Shown piece by piece: positions 11,066-23,719 of a stretch of 64,000 bases of DNA. The notes under the pieces are model-generated. The model had not been told where the DNA came from, made no database searches, and saw only the letters and a list, made by a program, of their open reading frames with translations. Source of the stretch: Chiloscyllium plagiosum (lineage: Eukaryota); contig NC_057718.1 in NCBI RefSeq assembly GCF_004010195.1, forward strand, positions 32,132,791 through 32,196,790, in the 5' to 3' direction. Positions within the stretch are counted from its first letter, which is position 1. Each line of letters begins with the position of its first letter. The position numbers and the translations under genes are program-made.

Positions 11066-12603
11066 TCCCCTTATATGTTATTTTGCTGCTGGCAGAGCTG
11101 AAATAATTATGTAGGAGGTTCTGTAGTTTTGCTGGAAAGGAAAAAAAAACCTGAAATGACAAGTAAAAATGAAATCCCATGGTAGTCCTTATTGCATCCT
11201 TCAACATTTCATCCTGCACTGAAGAACATTCAAATTATATATCCAGCTTCTGTCAATGACATACTGACAGTGCAGATATAGAAGCTGCTACTAATCCAAA
11301 CTGCTAACCAAAGTGTGCAACATGATAAAGAAGAATAATTTAATGTGACTTGGGAGTTAAACCATGCTCTGTATGCCATGGGGTTTGCCATCCACCTTCA
11401 ACACACTGGGTTTACGTCCCTTATTAAAATAGAACTTCAAATTCAGTAACTATTAGCGATTGAATGAAGAACTCGTGACCTCCATTTTTGAAGCAGTGAA
11501 GGTTCTGAAGCCTTTTAAGCTGAATGTAGACTGTGCAAAGCTTGTTTCGGCATTGCAATGATAGAATTAAATCTAGGTCACAGCTGCAGGTGTGACAGCC
11601 AAATCCATCATACAAAACCTGGAATGATCAAAATAACTTAGAAAAAATGTAGGGCATCCAAAGGAAATTAATTTTTAAAAGTACCTTCTTCTTTCTCTTT
11701 AATTTAAAGACATCTATTTTGCGACAGACAAAAATTCAACAACTTCAAAAGTCATACTTAGAGTTTTAGATAGAAGCGCAAATATCAAACTGTGGCCAAA
11801 GAACTTATTAATGCGATGTTAATATTTCTCACAGGTAGCAGTATCCTCAGGTTGTCGCAGTTATTTTCATTGTGAGTCACACTGACCCAGATTTTATCGC
11901 AGCCTATTTGTGGTGGTTATAGAGCTTATTGAGCTTCTCAATTTACAGAATCAATCGATCTTTAGTCAGGACAGAATTTACCATTAGAGCTAATATAATT
12001 GTTCATTTAATTATGTGTTTTTGCTTAACATGAATATCTAAATAAAAAATAAAAACAAATCCCAAAGTAGTTCTTCCAAAATATATTCAACCTTCCCTAA
12101 TGCTTCCTTCATCAGGACAAGAGTGAAATAACTACCTGAAGAAATAACTAACTTTGATTTCTAAGTTGTGCCTTTTCAGTGCTCTGATAGGAGCATTCAA
12201 TAGAAAAAGGGCAGGCCATTAAGCCCATCTAACCTATTCTATTAATGATGCCTGGCTAATAAAAATGCACTGGTCTTACTCTTGAAGAGTTCAATTAAAT
12301 TAACATCACTGCTTTTGAAAGGAGAGTTCCAAGTGTCCACTAAACTCAGTGTTTCCTGATTTTATTCTGTAATGACCCAGTTCTAATTTAAAGATTATGT
12401 CCGCTTTTCCTTTACCATAATGGATCCTGTTATCATATTAAAGATGTTGATGAGATCACGATCAATCTTTTAAATTTGAGTTGATATAAATCAAGATTAT
12501 CTTACTTACTTCCATGGTCTAACCTTTCAACAGCAGCATAATTTTGTTGAATCTATGCTGTACCCACTGCAAAATCGCTGCATCCTTTCTTAAGCCCAAT
12601 TTG

Positions 12604-12736
12604 ACCATTCCAGATGAAGGGCTTATACCCGAAGCGTCGATTCTCCTGTCCCTCGGATGACGCCTGACCTGCTGTGCTTTTCCAGCACCACACTCTCGAC
12701 TCTGATCTCCAGCATCTGCAGTCCTCACTTTCTCCT
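12604..12736 (+). mobile_element. PLE terminal repeat remnant with decayed hammerhead, inserted in an old minus-strand CR1 fragment (~12190-12600)
   Basis: attccagatgaagggcttatacccgaagcgtcgattctcctg...gatctccagcatctgcagtcctcactttctcc matches 38521-38655. Confidence 0.8.
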
Positions 12737-14099
12737 GAGGCCCAATGCCCCGAACTGAATGTAGACTTTCAGGATCCGATAAGGGGTCTGTTTAATGCAA
12801 CATTGAAGGCTGCCTTGACTCTGATAGAAACAAGAGCAAAGTTGATCATCATTTTGAAGTGGAAGGATTGGTGAATGGGCCTTTCAAAGAGCAGGCAAAG
12901 GAATGATGTGTCATAAGATTCTGTGATTGGTCAAACCATTGTTAAACCTGGAACCATGCTGGGAGGAATGGAATACTGTTGGGAATTTCCTCCTCTTTTC
13001 TTCCTCTTAATTGGCCTTGGACTTATTTTGGTTTGATTTTTCACCTCAGCCAAGAAACTACACGGTACCCAGTGGGTAGTGAGTATCATAATGTGGCATA
13101 AGAGGCATCACGACGGTATGGGATGACCTAGATTTTGCAGCCATCTTTTTCAGTTTGATGTAGTTCGATTTCTTATGTATCATGTAGCAGAAACCTTATT
13201 TGCAATCATGCGGATGATCCTGAAACAAACCATGAAACACTAAACTCAAATTCATTTTAGATGCAGGTTAAAGAATGGATATTTGCTATTTTGTTTTATT
13301 TCCGTAAGTGTGATCTGGTTAGTTTAAATGGTCAATTTTTAGAAATTTCAATGCAAGAGTTTCCCAGTTTTTTTTATATATTAGTGGCAGTGGCATGTAA
13401 TTAGCCGTGTGGCTAAGTGCGTTTCATGCATGGAAAAGAATGACCATTTATATCCACTTACTGGATCCAGCAAATTTATATTTTACTCTTTTTGTTGTTA
13501 TTTCCACTAAGCCATATTTTAGGATGTTAATTAGTTAAAAGTATAAGGTATCACTACATAAGTATTAATCTAACAGTGAAACAAAGGACAGCCCTGACTA
13601 AACAAAGAACAGCTTTTTTTGAATTAAGCTATGAGAGTAGAACATGAGGTCACATGTAAAAAGTGTAAAATGCAAATTTTGGACTTTTATCAAGAACATA
13701 AGCTTCTCTGAAACATAATTGATATAGCCGTCAATTTAAAACATTGGAGGTTATAACCGTGGAATCATTACAGAACCTTCTAGATGTTTTAGTCAGTCGT
13801 TTTTGGTCAGCTCTGTGATTGAACTAAGAAGGCTGAGTGCTTGTCCCCATTCATTATTACACTGCAATAATATTCTGCTCATGGTCCTTGAAGGTGAAGG
13901 TTTAAGTTAGTTCATTTGAAACCATCTCTGTCTTTCAGCCCCATTCTATAATTTCAGTATATAATCCAGTTTAACAGATTGCTACAGCACTGTATTGTCC
14001 GTTGAACCTTCATTAAGATGGAATTTCAGGATAAGGCTGTTGCATGTTCTCTTGGGTGGATGGAATAGAACTCTTGGTGCTCTATTCAGAAGAGTGATG

Positions 14100-14552
14100 T
14101 AGTGGTGCCGGTGTTGGACTGGGGTGGACAAAGTTAAAAATCACATAACACCAAGTTGTAGTCCAACAGGTTTATTTGGGAGTACTAGCTTTCAGAGCAC
14201 TGCTCTTTCATCAGGTAACTATGGGGCAGGATCATAAGACACAGAATTTAGAGCAAAAGGTTTCAGTGTCATTAAAACGATATATTGAACAAACCTGGAT
14301 TGCTGTTAAGTCTTTTATCTTTTAGAACGGTTTGCAGGTTTCAGATAAACCTGTAACCCATTCTAAAAGATGAAAGACCTAACAGCAATCTAGGTATGTT
14401 CAATGTATTGTTTTGATTGCATGACACTGTGATGTTTTGTGTCTTATGATCCTGCCCCACTAGTTACCTGCTGAAGGAGCAGCGCCCTGAAAGCTAGCAC
14501 TCCCAAATAAACCTGTTGGACTATAACCTGGTGCTGTGTGATTTTTAACTTT
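14100..14552. mobile_element. Palindromic PLE-derived element: ~210-bp inverted arms (14130-14341 / 14347-14552), each with a hammerhead motif
   Basis: aaagttaaaaatcac...gcaggttt-cagat-aaacctg...gtgatttttaacttt; same family as 28505-28780. Confidence 0.85.
14183..14217 (-). ncRNA. Minimal type I hammerhead ribozyme motif, intact core
   Basis: Reverse complement: tac-CTGATGA-a-agagc agt gctct-GAAA-g-CTA-gta; stem I tac/gta, stem II 5 bp, palindromic AGCT stem III. Confidence 0.75.
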
Positions 14553-15654
14553 ACCCGGAAGAGAGCATGGTATTTATTCATCAATATCCAGACCAATGTT
14601 TCTATCCCAGCAAATGAAGTGTTCGGGTTGAATAAAATAGTGAAGTTTACAGCTGTTCAAACACAGTGGAGACTTTCTCTGATTTTAGTTGCTTTACATT
14701 TATTTTTGAAGATCACTGCTCCCATGAACTTCGTTGCCTGTGGCTATGTGCATTCATGAATCATTAAAATAACCACACTTGACTGTATACAGGCATTTAC
14801 TGACTCAGTGACCGTGAAGGTTTAGTACATTTGCCTAAAGGAGAGAGGAATTAACACATACATTATGTATAGCCAGTATTTGAAGGATAATTCTTGGTGT
14901 CAGCTGTACTTGTGAAGATACATTGCCAGTGTCTTAGTACCTGTGATGAAGTAGTTGGTTTGTAATAGTTGGACTATCATCAACCATGCATCTGTCAGGC
15001 TCAGTGATGATTTACGCATTGTGTTTCAATTTGCTGTGCCTGGATTTGAGGCAGGTGATTGATTACATGGGAAGTTTTTGGGGCAGCCTCCAATATGGCA
15101 TTGAATCAAGGCACATAATCCATAAATGCCTGGAGAATGCAGATAGGTTGGGATACATAAATCCAGCTGTTCACCAAATAAAGGCACTGGATTGCTGCAA
15201 GTATTTTCCGTCAATCAAGTAGTGCTCTTCAGCATTTCCAAAAAATCCTTCTGCTCGTCATACTAGTTTGGCCACATCTGTCTAGAAAGAATGAATATCT
15301 TAGCTTTTGAGAATGCTAGGTTACAACAACTTGTTGATGTTGGTGAGTATATTGCCAAGGCAGAGAAATAAGGGCAAACATTGTCTAGTGTTCAACAAAT
15401 AATATAAAATATGATTCAATCTGATTACTTATTTTATCTTCACTCATACGAGTTACATTTGGTGATCAAGGGTATTTATTACTTGACAGGCTTTTAGGGT
15501 TGCAGAGTGGACTACCTAACTACCGATTTTTTAAACAAAATCAACAAATTGAAACTAAATGATCTATTGATATTAGTTCTTTGTCACAAGTTTCATAATT
15601 TAAGTTTGATTCTGTTTGGTTGATTTTTTTGAATAAAATGTAAGAATTCTTCCT

Positions 15655-15797
15655 AAAAAGCTAAAGAACTGCAGTTGCTGGAAATGAGTAACAAAATCAG
15701 AAATTGCTGGCAAGTCTCAGCAACTCTGCCAGTATCTGTTCAGTTCTGAAGAAGGGTCATTGGACCCGAAATGTAAACTTTGCTTTCTCTCCACAGA
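15655..15797. mobile_element. PLE terminus remnant with hammerhead motif at 15742-15779 (+)
   Basis: agtt-CTGAAGA-a-gggtc attg gaccc-GAAA-t-GTA-aact; related to 55440-55536 and 48290-48375. Confidence 0.7.
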
Positions 15798-16950
15798 ATT
15801 CTTCTAGTTGTTCAATAGTGACATTGTAATGCATTGCAAAGATGGAAACCTCATGGCTATTCTTCTCGCGCATAGAGATGATTTTATAAAAGCGCAGGAG
15901 AGAGAGGTCGTGTTTGAATGTACTGGTATGTCATCACACACGTAGGTTACAGACTGAGTGAAATCCTGGGAGATGAGTCACCTAATGTGAATTATGGGGA
16001 AATTTATATTGGTAGAGTTTGGGATTTGTCGTGGTCAGGGAAAGTTAGGAAAGCAAGACCACTCACAAAATGCCCTGAACAAGGAAAATCCATAATCCCT
16101 GCTTGAATTAATATCTGTGGAAGCCTATATTATTCAAAACTCTAATGAGTAATTGGCTTCATAACGGGTACACTTTATTGTTAATAGTTAAAGTTGAGTA
16201 GTTTCTGAATGTAATAGATTATACAGATTGAATACATGGGCAGAATAAGTAGAAAGGTAATTTGACAAATAAATACTTCTGTTACTTTGTAAATTTAACT
16301 GAAAAGGATTATCTCTGATTTAATAGTTCAACACAGATTTACACCAAATGTAAGACATTTTCTTCTGCAGCCATTGGATAGTGGGAGGCTTGAGAATTCC
16401 AAAGATGCTTTTTCATCATCCTGATCCTGATCATGATCCTGTGGAGGTCTTGATTATGTCTCAGCCATTATGAGCTCAATTGCTGGATGTTTTTAGGCAT
16501 CACCCTCTACATCCTCTTCAGCCAAGGCTACTATTCTGATCCTGTGCATGTATTGTTTATTGTCAGATCAGACATGGAGCTATCTTGGTCTGTCAATGTT
16601 GTCATTTTGAGCATAAACACCCTCTAGTGGCCAATGAAATATGATTAAGAAATCAAAAGTAAATATTGCTAGAAATACATAGAAAGTCAGAATCTGTAAA
16701 GTTACTTGTTGGGTTTAAACCATTTTCTCCACATAATAGTGCTTCACATTCTACACCTATTTCTCTTGGTCCAGGTGTTGATATACCTGCTATATATTTG
16801 CAATATAAATTTGAGATGTTCAGTAACTGCAGTGTGTTTATTTTACACAGTTTTGTTTTGAGTTAGGTAATGGAAACAGCTTTCTAAATGAATGTATTAT
16901 ATTTAGAGCCCAAGTCTGTTTTCTACTGGAACACTGACAACAGCTTCTAT

Positions 16951-17075
16951 GTGAAAGTGAGGACTGCAAATGCTGCAGATCAGAGTCGAAAAGTGTGGCG
17001 CTGGGAAAGCACAGCAGGTCAGGCCCAATCTGAGGAGCAGGAGAATTCCTGATGAAGGCCTTATGCCTGAATGTA
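16951..17075. mobile_element. PLE terminal repeat remnant (inverted junction, decayed hammerhead)
   Basis: gaaagtgaggactgcaaatgctg...gagcaggagaattcctgatgaaggccttatgcctgaa. Confidence 0.7.
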
Positions 17076-18177
17076 TCAATGAAATCACTTTTAGAGAAAA
17101 AGGCAGACCAAATGTCATGGTCTCACCCTAGTTAGGTCCACCTCAGAAATAATCATTTGTTTCTCTCATGTTGAAACATAAAATCACAGAAAACAGAAAC
17201 AGAAGTAGGCCATTCAGCCCTTCAACCCTGCCCCACCATTCACCGTGATCATGGCTGATCATCCAACTCAGTCCCCTTTCCCACTTTCTCCCCAAACCCT
17301 TGAATCCCTTTAGCACTGAACACTATATCTAACTCACTGGCTGCTGGAAGAGTTTCTTCCTTTGGTAATAAAAAAACTCTGCATTTTTTTTGTACTGGCC
17401 ATGTAGTTCTTTGCTTCAGATTCATTCTGTTTATTTAAAGCAATCATTATTTAACGAGGTGCAATTTAATTCTGTCTTCTGTGGTGTGTTTGATGGTGCA
17501 GGACATTTAATCAAATGGGAGTCCATGGTAGTAAAACTCATGGATGTCTTTTCATCTTTGCTGCCATTTAAGGGCCTCATTCTGCTGCCACTGCACTTAA
17601 CGTGTTTGGCAGAATGATAATGAGGCTGTTGTAGGGATTGAGGTGTGCACCTTTGCTCAAAGGCACCCAGTGGGAGCTGGAAGCAGGGAGGGGATGGCCT
17701 ATCGAGAGCCGGCCTATCGAGAGCCACCCTCCCTGACCTTGCTGCTGACCTCTCTTTGCCCCACATCACTTACCTATGCCTTAGTCCACTGGCAGTTCTA
17801 GGTCTTAGGAATATGTTGTACCAATAACAACATCTGCCTCCTCAAGTAGCAATGTCTTTCAGTAGAGCTGCCGCTGGCCTCTGACTGGGCTGAGGGGAAA
17901 TGGCTTTCATCCTGATATCCTCAATCCTGAGGAAAGTCTGCCGCTGAACAGTGAACTGTTCGACTGACACTAATTATGATGGGCCTTCCTGTAATGAGGA
18001 GACATGGGACTCTTGTTGGCTGTCTAGCTCTCAAGGGAGACCTCTGTTGGCTGTATTGAATACCATGCATAATCCTTTCTCCTGCTTTCTATAATGGCAA
18101 CGATTTGTTGAGTATGAAATAAATTCACAAGCACATTGCATTTGTTGGATTTACAATAGGAGTTTTCTAAATTAATT

Positions 18178-18237
18178 GATACTGCAGAACCTCAATCTAC
18201 AGTCATCCACAGAATCTGATTGAGGTTCTGCTGTATC
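18178..18237. repeat. 60-nt hairpin, probable minimal Tigger/pogo-like MITE (TIRs only)
   Basis: gatactgcagaacctcaatc (18178-18197) pairs with gattgaggttctgctgtatc (18218-18237), 19/20; resembles the TIR of 47858-48040. Confidence 0.6.
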
Positions 18238-18582
18238 AGTTTCACCCATTTTGAACAGCACCAGAGAAAATAGAAATCATAAGAAACTGAGGTACGGTAG
18301 CATATTGATTAGAGATCATTATGCATCTTATAATTTCATAGAAACATGGGCAATTAATCTTCCAGTGTTGGCATGAATAAAATCAAAATGTAAATTGAAA
18401 TCAGTGCGCATTTATTAAAAATAAGCTTCCACATTTGCAAATGGTTGCTGATATCCTTCAGGGAAGGAAACAGGTTGTCATTACCTCGTCTAGCCTTGAT
18501 ATTTTAATCAACTACTTCAGATGGAGTAAGTGAGATTGAATACATTCCTTTTAGCTGAGAGGTAGGGACACTGCACCACTCC

Positions 18583-18815
18583 CTGCTTTGCATGGGTTTC
18601 CTCTGGGTGCTCCAGTTTTCTCCAACAATCTAACGATGTGCAGGTTAGGTGAATTGGCCATGCTAAATTGACCATATTGTCCAGGGATGTGTAGGGGTAA
18701 ATATAGAGTAGTAGGGTAGAGGGATGGGTCTGGGTCGGTTACTCTTCGGAGGGTCAGTGTGGGCTTGTTGGGCTGAAGGGCCTGTTCCACACTGTCGGGA
18801 TTCTATGATTCTGTG
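18583..18815 (+). mobile_element. HE1-type V-SINE, 5'-truncated
   Basis: V-domain and tail gggcctgttccacactgtcgggattctatgattctgtg. Confidence 0.88.
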
Positions 18816-19006
18816 ATCTGGACTAAATGTGACTCCAAACCCACAACCTGGCTGACTCTCATCTGTCCTCTGAAATGGCCTAGCAAGCCACTCAATTGTA
18901 TCTAACCACTAATAAGTCTCAAAAAAGGAATGAAACTAAAGGGCTCACCTGACATTGGCTGAGGTACCAGAAATGATAACAGGAAACAGTTGACCCTGTA
19001 AAGTTA

Positions 19007-19722
19007 AAGAGTCATAGAGATGTACAGCACAGAAACAGACCCTTCGGTCCAACTCGTCTGTGCTGACCAGACATTCTAACCTAATCTAGTCCCATTTGCT
19101 ACACTTGGCCCATATCTCTCCAAACCCTTCCTACTCATACACCAATCCAGTTGCCTTTTAAGTGCTGTAATTGTACCAGCCTCTACCACTTCCTCTGGCA
19201 GCTCATTTCATACATGCACCACCCTCTGCGTGAAAACGTTGCCCCTTAGGTCTCTTTTATATTTTCCCCTCTCACCCTAAACCTATGCCCTCTACTTCTG
19301 AACTCCCCGACCCCAGGGAAAAGACTTTGTCTATTTATCCTATCCATGCCCCTTATAATTTTGTAAACCTCTATAAGGTCACCTCCCAGCCTCTAACGCT
19401 CCAGGGAAAACAGCCCAAGCCTATTTAGCCTTTCCCTGTAGCTCAAATCCTCCAACCCTGACAACATGCTTGTAAATCTTTTCTGAACCCTTTCAAGTTT
19501 CACAACATCTTTCCGATAGGAAGGAGACCAGAATTGCACGCAGTATTCCAAAAGTGGCCTAACCAACATCCTGTACAGCTCCAACATGACCTCCCAACTC
19601 CTGTACTCAATACTGTGACCAAGAAAGGAAAGCATACCAAATGCCTTCTTCACTATCCTATCTACCTGCAACTCTACTTTCAAGGAGCTATGAACCTGCA
19701 CTCTAAGGTGTCTTTGTTCAGC
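19007..19722 (-). mobile_element. CR1 (HER1-like) LINE 3' portion
   Basis: VRPLLEYCVQFWSPSYRKDVVKLERVQKRFT...LGLFSLE; 3' tail (ctatgact) repeat. Confidence 0.95.
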
Positions 19723-19739
19723 CCTCCTTATCACCGCTT

Positions 19740-20165
19740 TCACCATCCTGTAGAGTTATCATTGACCAGAAGCTGAACTGGACTACCCACATAAATACTG
19801 TGGCTACAAGAGCAGGTCAGAGGCTGGGAATCCTGCATGAGGAACTCATCTCCTGACTCCCCAAAACCTGTCCACCATCTGCAAGGCACAAGTCAGGAGT
19901 ATGATGGAATACTCGCCACTTGCCTGGATGAGCGCCGCTCCAACAACACCTAAGCAGCTTGACGTGATCCAGGATAAAGCTTGAGTGGCACCACACTCAC
20001 AATCATTTCCTTGCTGCACCATGGGCCTGCAATTGTAGTGGTATATGCATCTGTAAGGTGCAATGCAGATATTTACCAAGGCTCCTTAGACAACGCTTTC
20101 CAAACCCCTAACCACTACTTAAAACGCCAAAAGCAACAGTTGCATTGGAACACTCCCACAAACTA
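19740..20165 (+). mobile_element. CR1/L2-group (Crack-like) LINE ORF2 C-terminal fragment
   Basis: Translates across frameshifts as IDQKLNWTTHINTVATRAGQRLGIL...LLTPQNLSTICKAQVRSMMEYSPLAWMSAAPTTPKQLDVIQDKA. Confidence 0.75.
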
Positions 20166-20829
20166 AAAACTGCTGATCAATGGTGCAGAGTGAAGCATCA
20201 GTGGGTAATGAGTCATAGAAGCTACTTCTGGGCAGAATGACTGAATAATGATAGAAAAATTATAAAAGGGGGTGATAGTTTATGTGAGCCACAAAGCAAG
20301 AGACTGAATAAATAGGAAATAATATCACCAGTCTTTGAAATTGTAAATAAAATAATTATAATTTGAAAGTCTGGTTGTATAAAAGAGTATTGGTTGCCAT
20401 AAAATATCCTTTGATATTTCATCACCATTGTTTGATCACTGTGTTTAATTATGAACAGATTGAATATGACAGATTCAAGCATCCAGGGCAAAGAAAAAAC
20501 AAGCGACGTCTGAAAAGATTTCAGAAAGAGTGCAATTGGAGATTCTATTGAAAGAATTTAATGCAAAGCATAAAGCAGACATGGTTCTGACGTGGAGGAA
20601 GGGATTGAGTAGTGTCATGGCTTCTTATGGCTGTGAATTGAGTACAATGGGGACAAGGACAATGTTGGGTCACAGTATTCAACTGAGCACATTTTGGCTT
20701 CGACAGATGCCTGACTGGATGGTGAGCAGATGCAATTGAAATACAAAATAGCAGCATTCTACATACAAACTGGAACAGAGAAACAGAAAAATGATGGCTG
20801 ATCCATCCGACATTATCAGAGACAAAAAA

Positions 20830-20986
20830 AATTGCTGGAATCCAAGGTAGACAAGCAAGAGGCTGGAAGAACACAGCAAGCCAGGCAGCATCAGGAGGTG
20901 GAGAAGGGTCACACCCAAAACGTTGACTTCTCCACTTCCTGATGCTCCTTGGCTTGCTGTATTCTTCCAGCTTCCTGCTTGTCTTC
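20830..20986. mobile_element. Short palindromic PLE-terminus element
   Basis: 20849-20906 is the inverted repeat of 20927-20984; the centre gaagggtcacacccaaaacgttg is a hammerhead stem II/III remnant; the arm matches 61305-61395. Confidence 0.8.
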
Positions 20987-21004
20987 CATCCAACATTATG
21001 GTGA

Positions 21005-21310
21005 CTTTGGGTCAGTTGGGTGCATTCTTGTCTCTGATCCACAAAATTCAATGTTTAAGTCCCACTTCAGGACTTGAGAGGCCAGGCTGTAAGGATGATA
21101 ATTCATTTGTAATACTGAGGGAGCACTGCTATGTGGAAGGTGCTGTGGTTTGGATGAGATGTTAAACACAGCCCCATTTGCCTGTTCAGTTGGACATAAA
21201 ATATTCCATGGATCCATTTCAAGGGAGAGCAGGGAGCTTTCCCTCATGTCCTGGTCAATATTTATCCCTCATTTACCATCAGAAAAGTAAATTATCAAGT
21301 CATTATAATA
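21005..21310 (+). mobile_element. Deu-domain SINE (SacSINE1/AmnSINE1-like)
   Basis: tRNA-like head, then ggtgctgtggtttggatgagatgttaaac...agttggacataaaatattccatgg...gagcagggag...tgtcctggtcaatatttatccctca, matching the Deu core as I recall it. Confidence 0.8.
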
Positions 21311-21719
21311 TTGTTAATCACATTGATAATTTATAAAATTGTTGGTAAAATATCAATATTAGTCTCTGACGCTGGTGTCCCAAAAAAACAAAAAAAGCTT
21401 GCCCCACCATGTCATACCGTCTGATACATTACAACACAATTCCTTCTCACTTACTCAAAGGGCAATAAAACTTATGGAATGTTTCATCACGGGGTTCGTT
21501 GAGTCAGAGATGAATGAGTTTGAAGCAGAAGGATATGGAGAGGACAAAAGAAATAGAGAGAGAGAGAGAGAAAAAAACAGAAGCACAGTGGGATTGCCCT
21601 GGCAAAATTCCAGTATGGACACAATGGGCAGAATGGCATTTTATTAGAGCTTCCCTGCACTTCCCTGGGTCATTTGTCCCAATATGAAGCATAATAATTG
21701 GAATTACGGACCAATGAGC

Positions 21720-23092
21720 CTGACATTGGTGGTGGGCAAGTTGTGGGAGGGATTCCTGAGGACAGTATTTACATGTATTTGGAAAAGCAAGGATTGATTA
21801 GGGATAGTCAACATGGCTTTGTGCATGGGAAATCATGTCTCACTAATTTTATTGTGTTTTTTGAAGAAGCAACAAAGAGGACTTATGAGGGCAGAGCGGT
21901 GGATGTGATCTATATGGACTTCAGTAAGGCGTTCAGCAAGGTTCCTCATGGAAGACTGGTTAACAAGGTTAGATCACAGAAATAGAGGAAGAACTAGCTG
22001 TTTGTATACAGAACTGGCTCGAAGATACAAGACAGAGGATGGTGGTGGAACGTTGCTTTTCAGACTGGAGGCCTGTGACCAGCGGTGTGCCACAAGGTCT
22101 ACTGCATTTCCGCATTTACATAAATGATTTGGATGTGAGCTTAAGAGGTATAGTTAGTAAGTTTGCAGGTGACACCAAAATTGGAGATGTAGTGGACAGC
22201 GAAGAAGATTACCTCAGATTACAACGGAATCTTGATCAGATGGGCCACTGGGCTGAGGAGTAGCAGACGGAATTTATTTTTGATAAATGTGATGAGCTGC
22301 ATTTTGGAAAGGTAAAGCAGAGCAGGACTTACCCACTTAATGGTAAGGTCTAGGGACTGTTGCTGAACAAAGAGACCTTGGAGTGCAGGTTCATAATTCC
22401 TTGAAATTAGAGTCGCAGGTAGATAGGATAGTGAAGAAGGCATTTGGTATGCTTTCCTTTCTTGGTCAGAGTATTGAGTACAGGAGTTGGGAGGTCATGT
22501 TGTGGCTGTACAGGACATTGGTAAGGCCACTGTTGGAATATTGTATGCAGTTCTCTTCTCCCTCCTATAGGACATAGGTGCTATAGGAAGGATGTTGTGA
22601 AACTTGAACGGGTTCAGCAAAGATTTACAAGGATGTTGCCAGGGCTGGAGGATTTGAGCTATAGGGACAGGTTGAATAGGCTGGGGCTGTCTTCCCTGGA
22701 GCATCAGACACTGAGAGGTGACCTTATAGAGGTTTATAAAATCATGAGGGGCATAGATAGGGTAAATAGACAAAGTCTTTTTGCTGGGGTGTGGGAGGCC
22801 AAAACTAGAGGGCAAAGGTTTAAGGTGAGAGCGGAAAGATATAAAAGAGACCTAAGGGGCAACCTTTTCACAGAGGGTGGTGCATGAATGCCATGAGCTG
22901 CCAGAGGAAGTGGTGGAGGCTGGTACAATTGCAAGATTTAAGAGGCACCTGGATGGTTATGTGAATTGGAAGGGTTTAGAGGGATATGGGCCATGTGCTG
23001 GCAAATGGGACTAGATTAATTTAGGATATCTAGTCGGCATGGATGAGTTGGATAATAGGGTCTGTTCCTGTGCTGTACATCTCTACGACATT
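21720..23092 (+). mobile_element. CR1 (HER1-like) LINE, 5'-truncated, decayed
   Basis: QHGFVHGKSCLTNF, YMDFSKAF, VTSGVPQG, SKFAGDTK, LRGDLIEVYKIM; 3' end gtgctgtacatctcta. Confidence 0.95.
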
Positions 23093-23719
23093 CATTCCTT
23101 TGCCAAACTTTTCAAGTCAGTTTGGGATATTCCTCATACTGGCACCAAATAGTGACATTCTCTATCAAACTGTCCATTTCACTTAAAAAGGATACTGTGT
23201 ATTCCACCTGAAAATGAATACCCCAAAACTGTTTTTGTTATTCTTCTCCTCCATCATCTCTTCCTCCTTCCCCCTTTGGACAGGTTCCTGCTCCAAGGTG
23301 CCAAGGTCAGCACTCTGCCCAGCTTTATGATCGTCTTCATCCTTATCTTGTCGGCTCTCAAATACGTTGCATATGTCAGATCAGGACATTTACTGCTGAT
23401 CCTCAATATCTATCTTATCAGGGATCACCTCACTCGATGCACTTGAACATCCCACCACTGTGGAAACAAGGTGTGAATAAGATTTGGAGCAAACTGTCTG
23501 AACACTCCTCCCTGGCCTTTACGTTCGGAATGGCTCCAATTTAATTACCCAGAGCTAAAGAGATTTGATACCAAGATATTGACTGCTTAAAGTGCGCTCC
23601 ATTTATGATTCTTCTGGACTGCTGCATCTGAAGTATTGTGACCAGTTCTGGGCAGGAATACTCTCGAAGAGATAAATTCGCCTTGGATTTTGTGCATTGT
23701 AGATATATCAGACTTCAGG

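Larger units (their letters stand above)
13900..14720 (+). mobile_element. Deu-domain SINE (SacSINE1/AmnSINE1-like), old, split by the palindromic element
   Basis: ttctcttgggtggatggaatagaactcttggtgctctattcagaagag | gaagagagcatgg...tccagaccaatgtttctatccc resembles the Deu core seen at 21130-21280. Confidence 0.5.

Noticed and set aside
15819..15925. Possible exon (DIVMHCKDGNLMAILLAHRDDFIKAQEREVVFECT)
   Set aside because: Weak acceptor, unrecognised peptide, and phase incompatible with direct splicing to the 42110 candidate
17696..17725. 15-bp tandem duplication ggcctatcgagagcc; similar short duplications near 44638-44672 and 47820-47863
   Set aside because: Two-copy slippage duplications with no spacer array; not CRISPR-like
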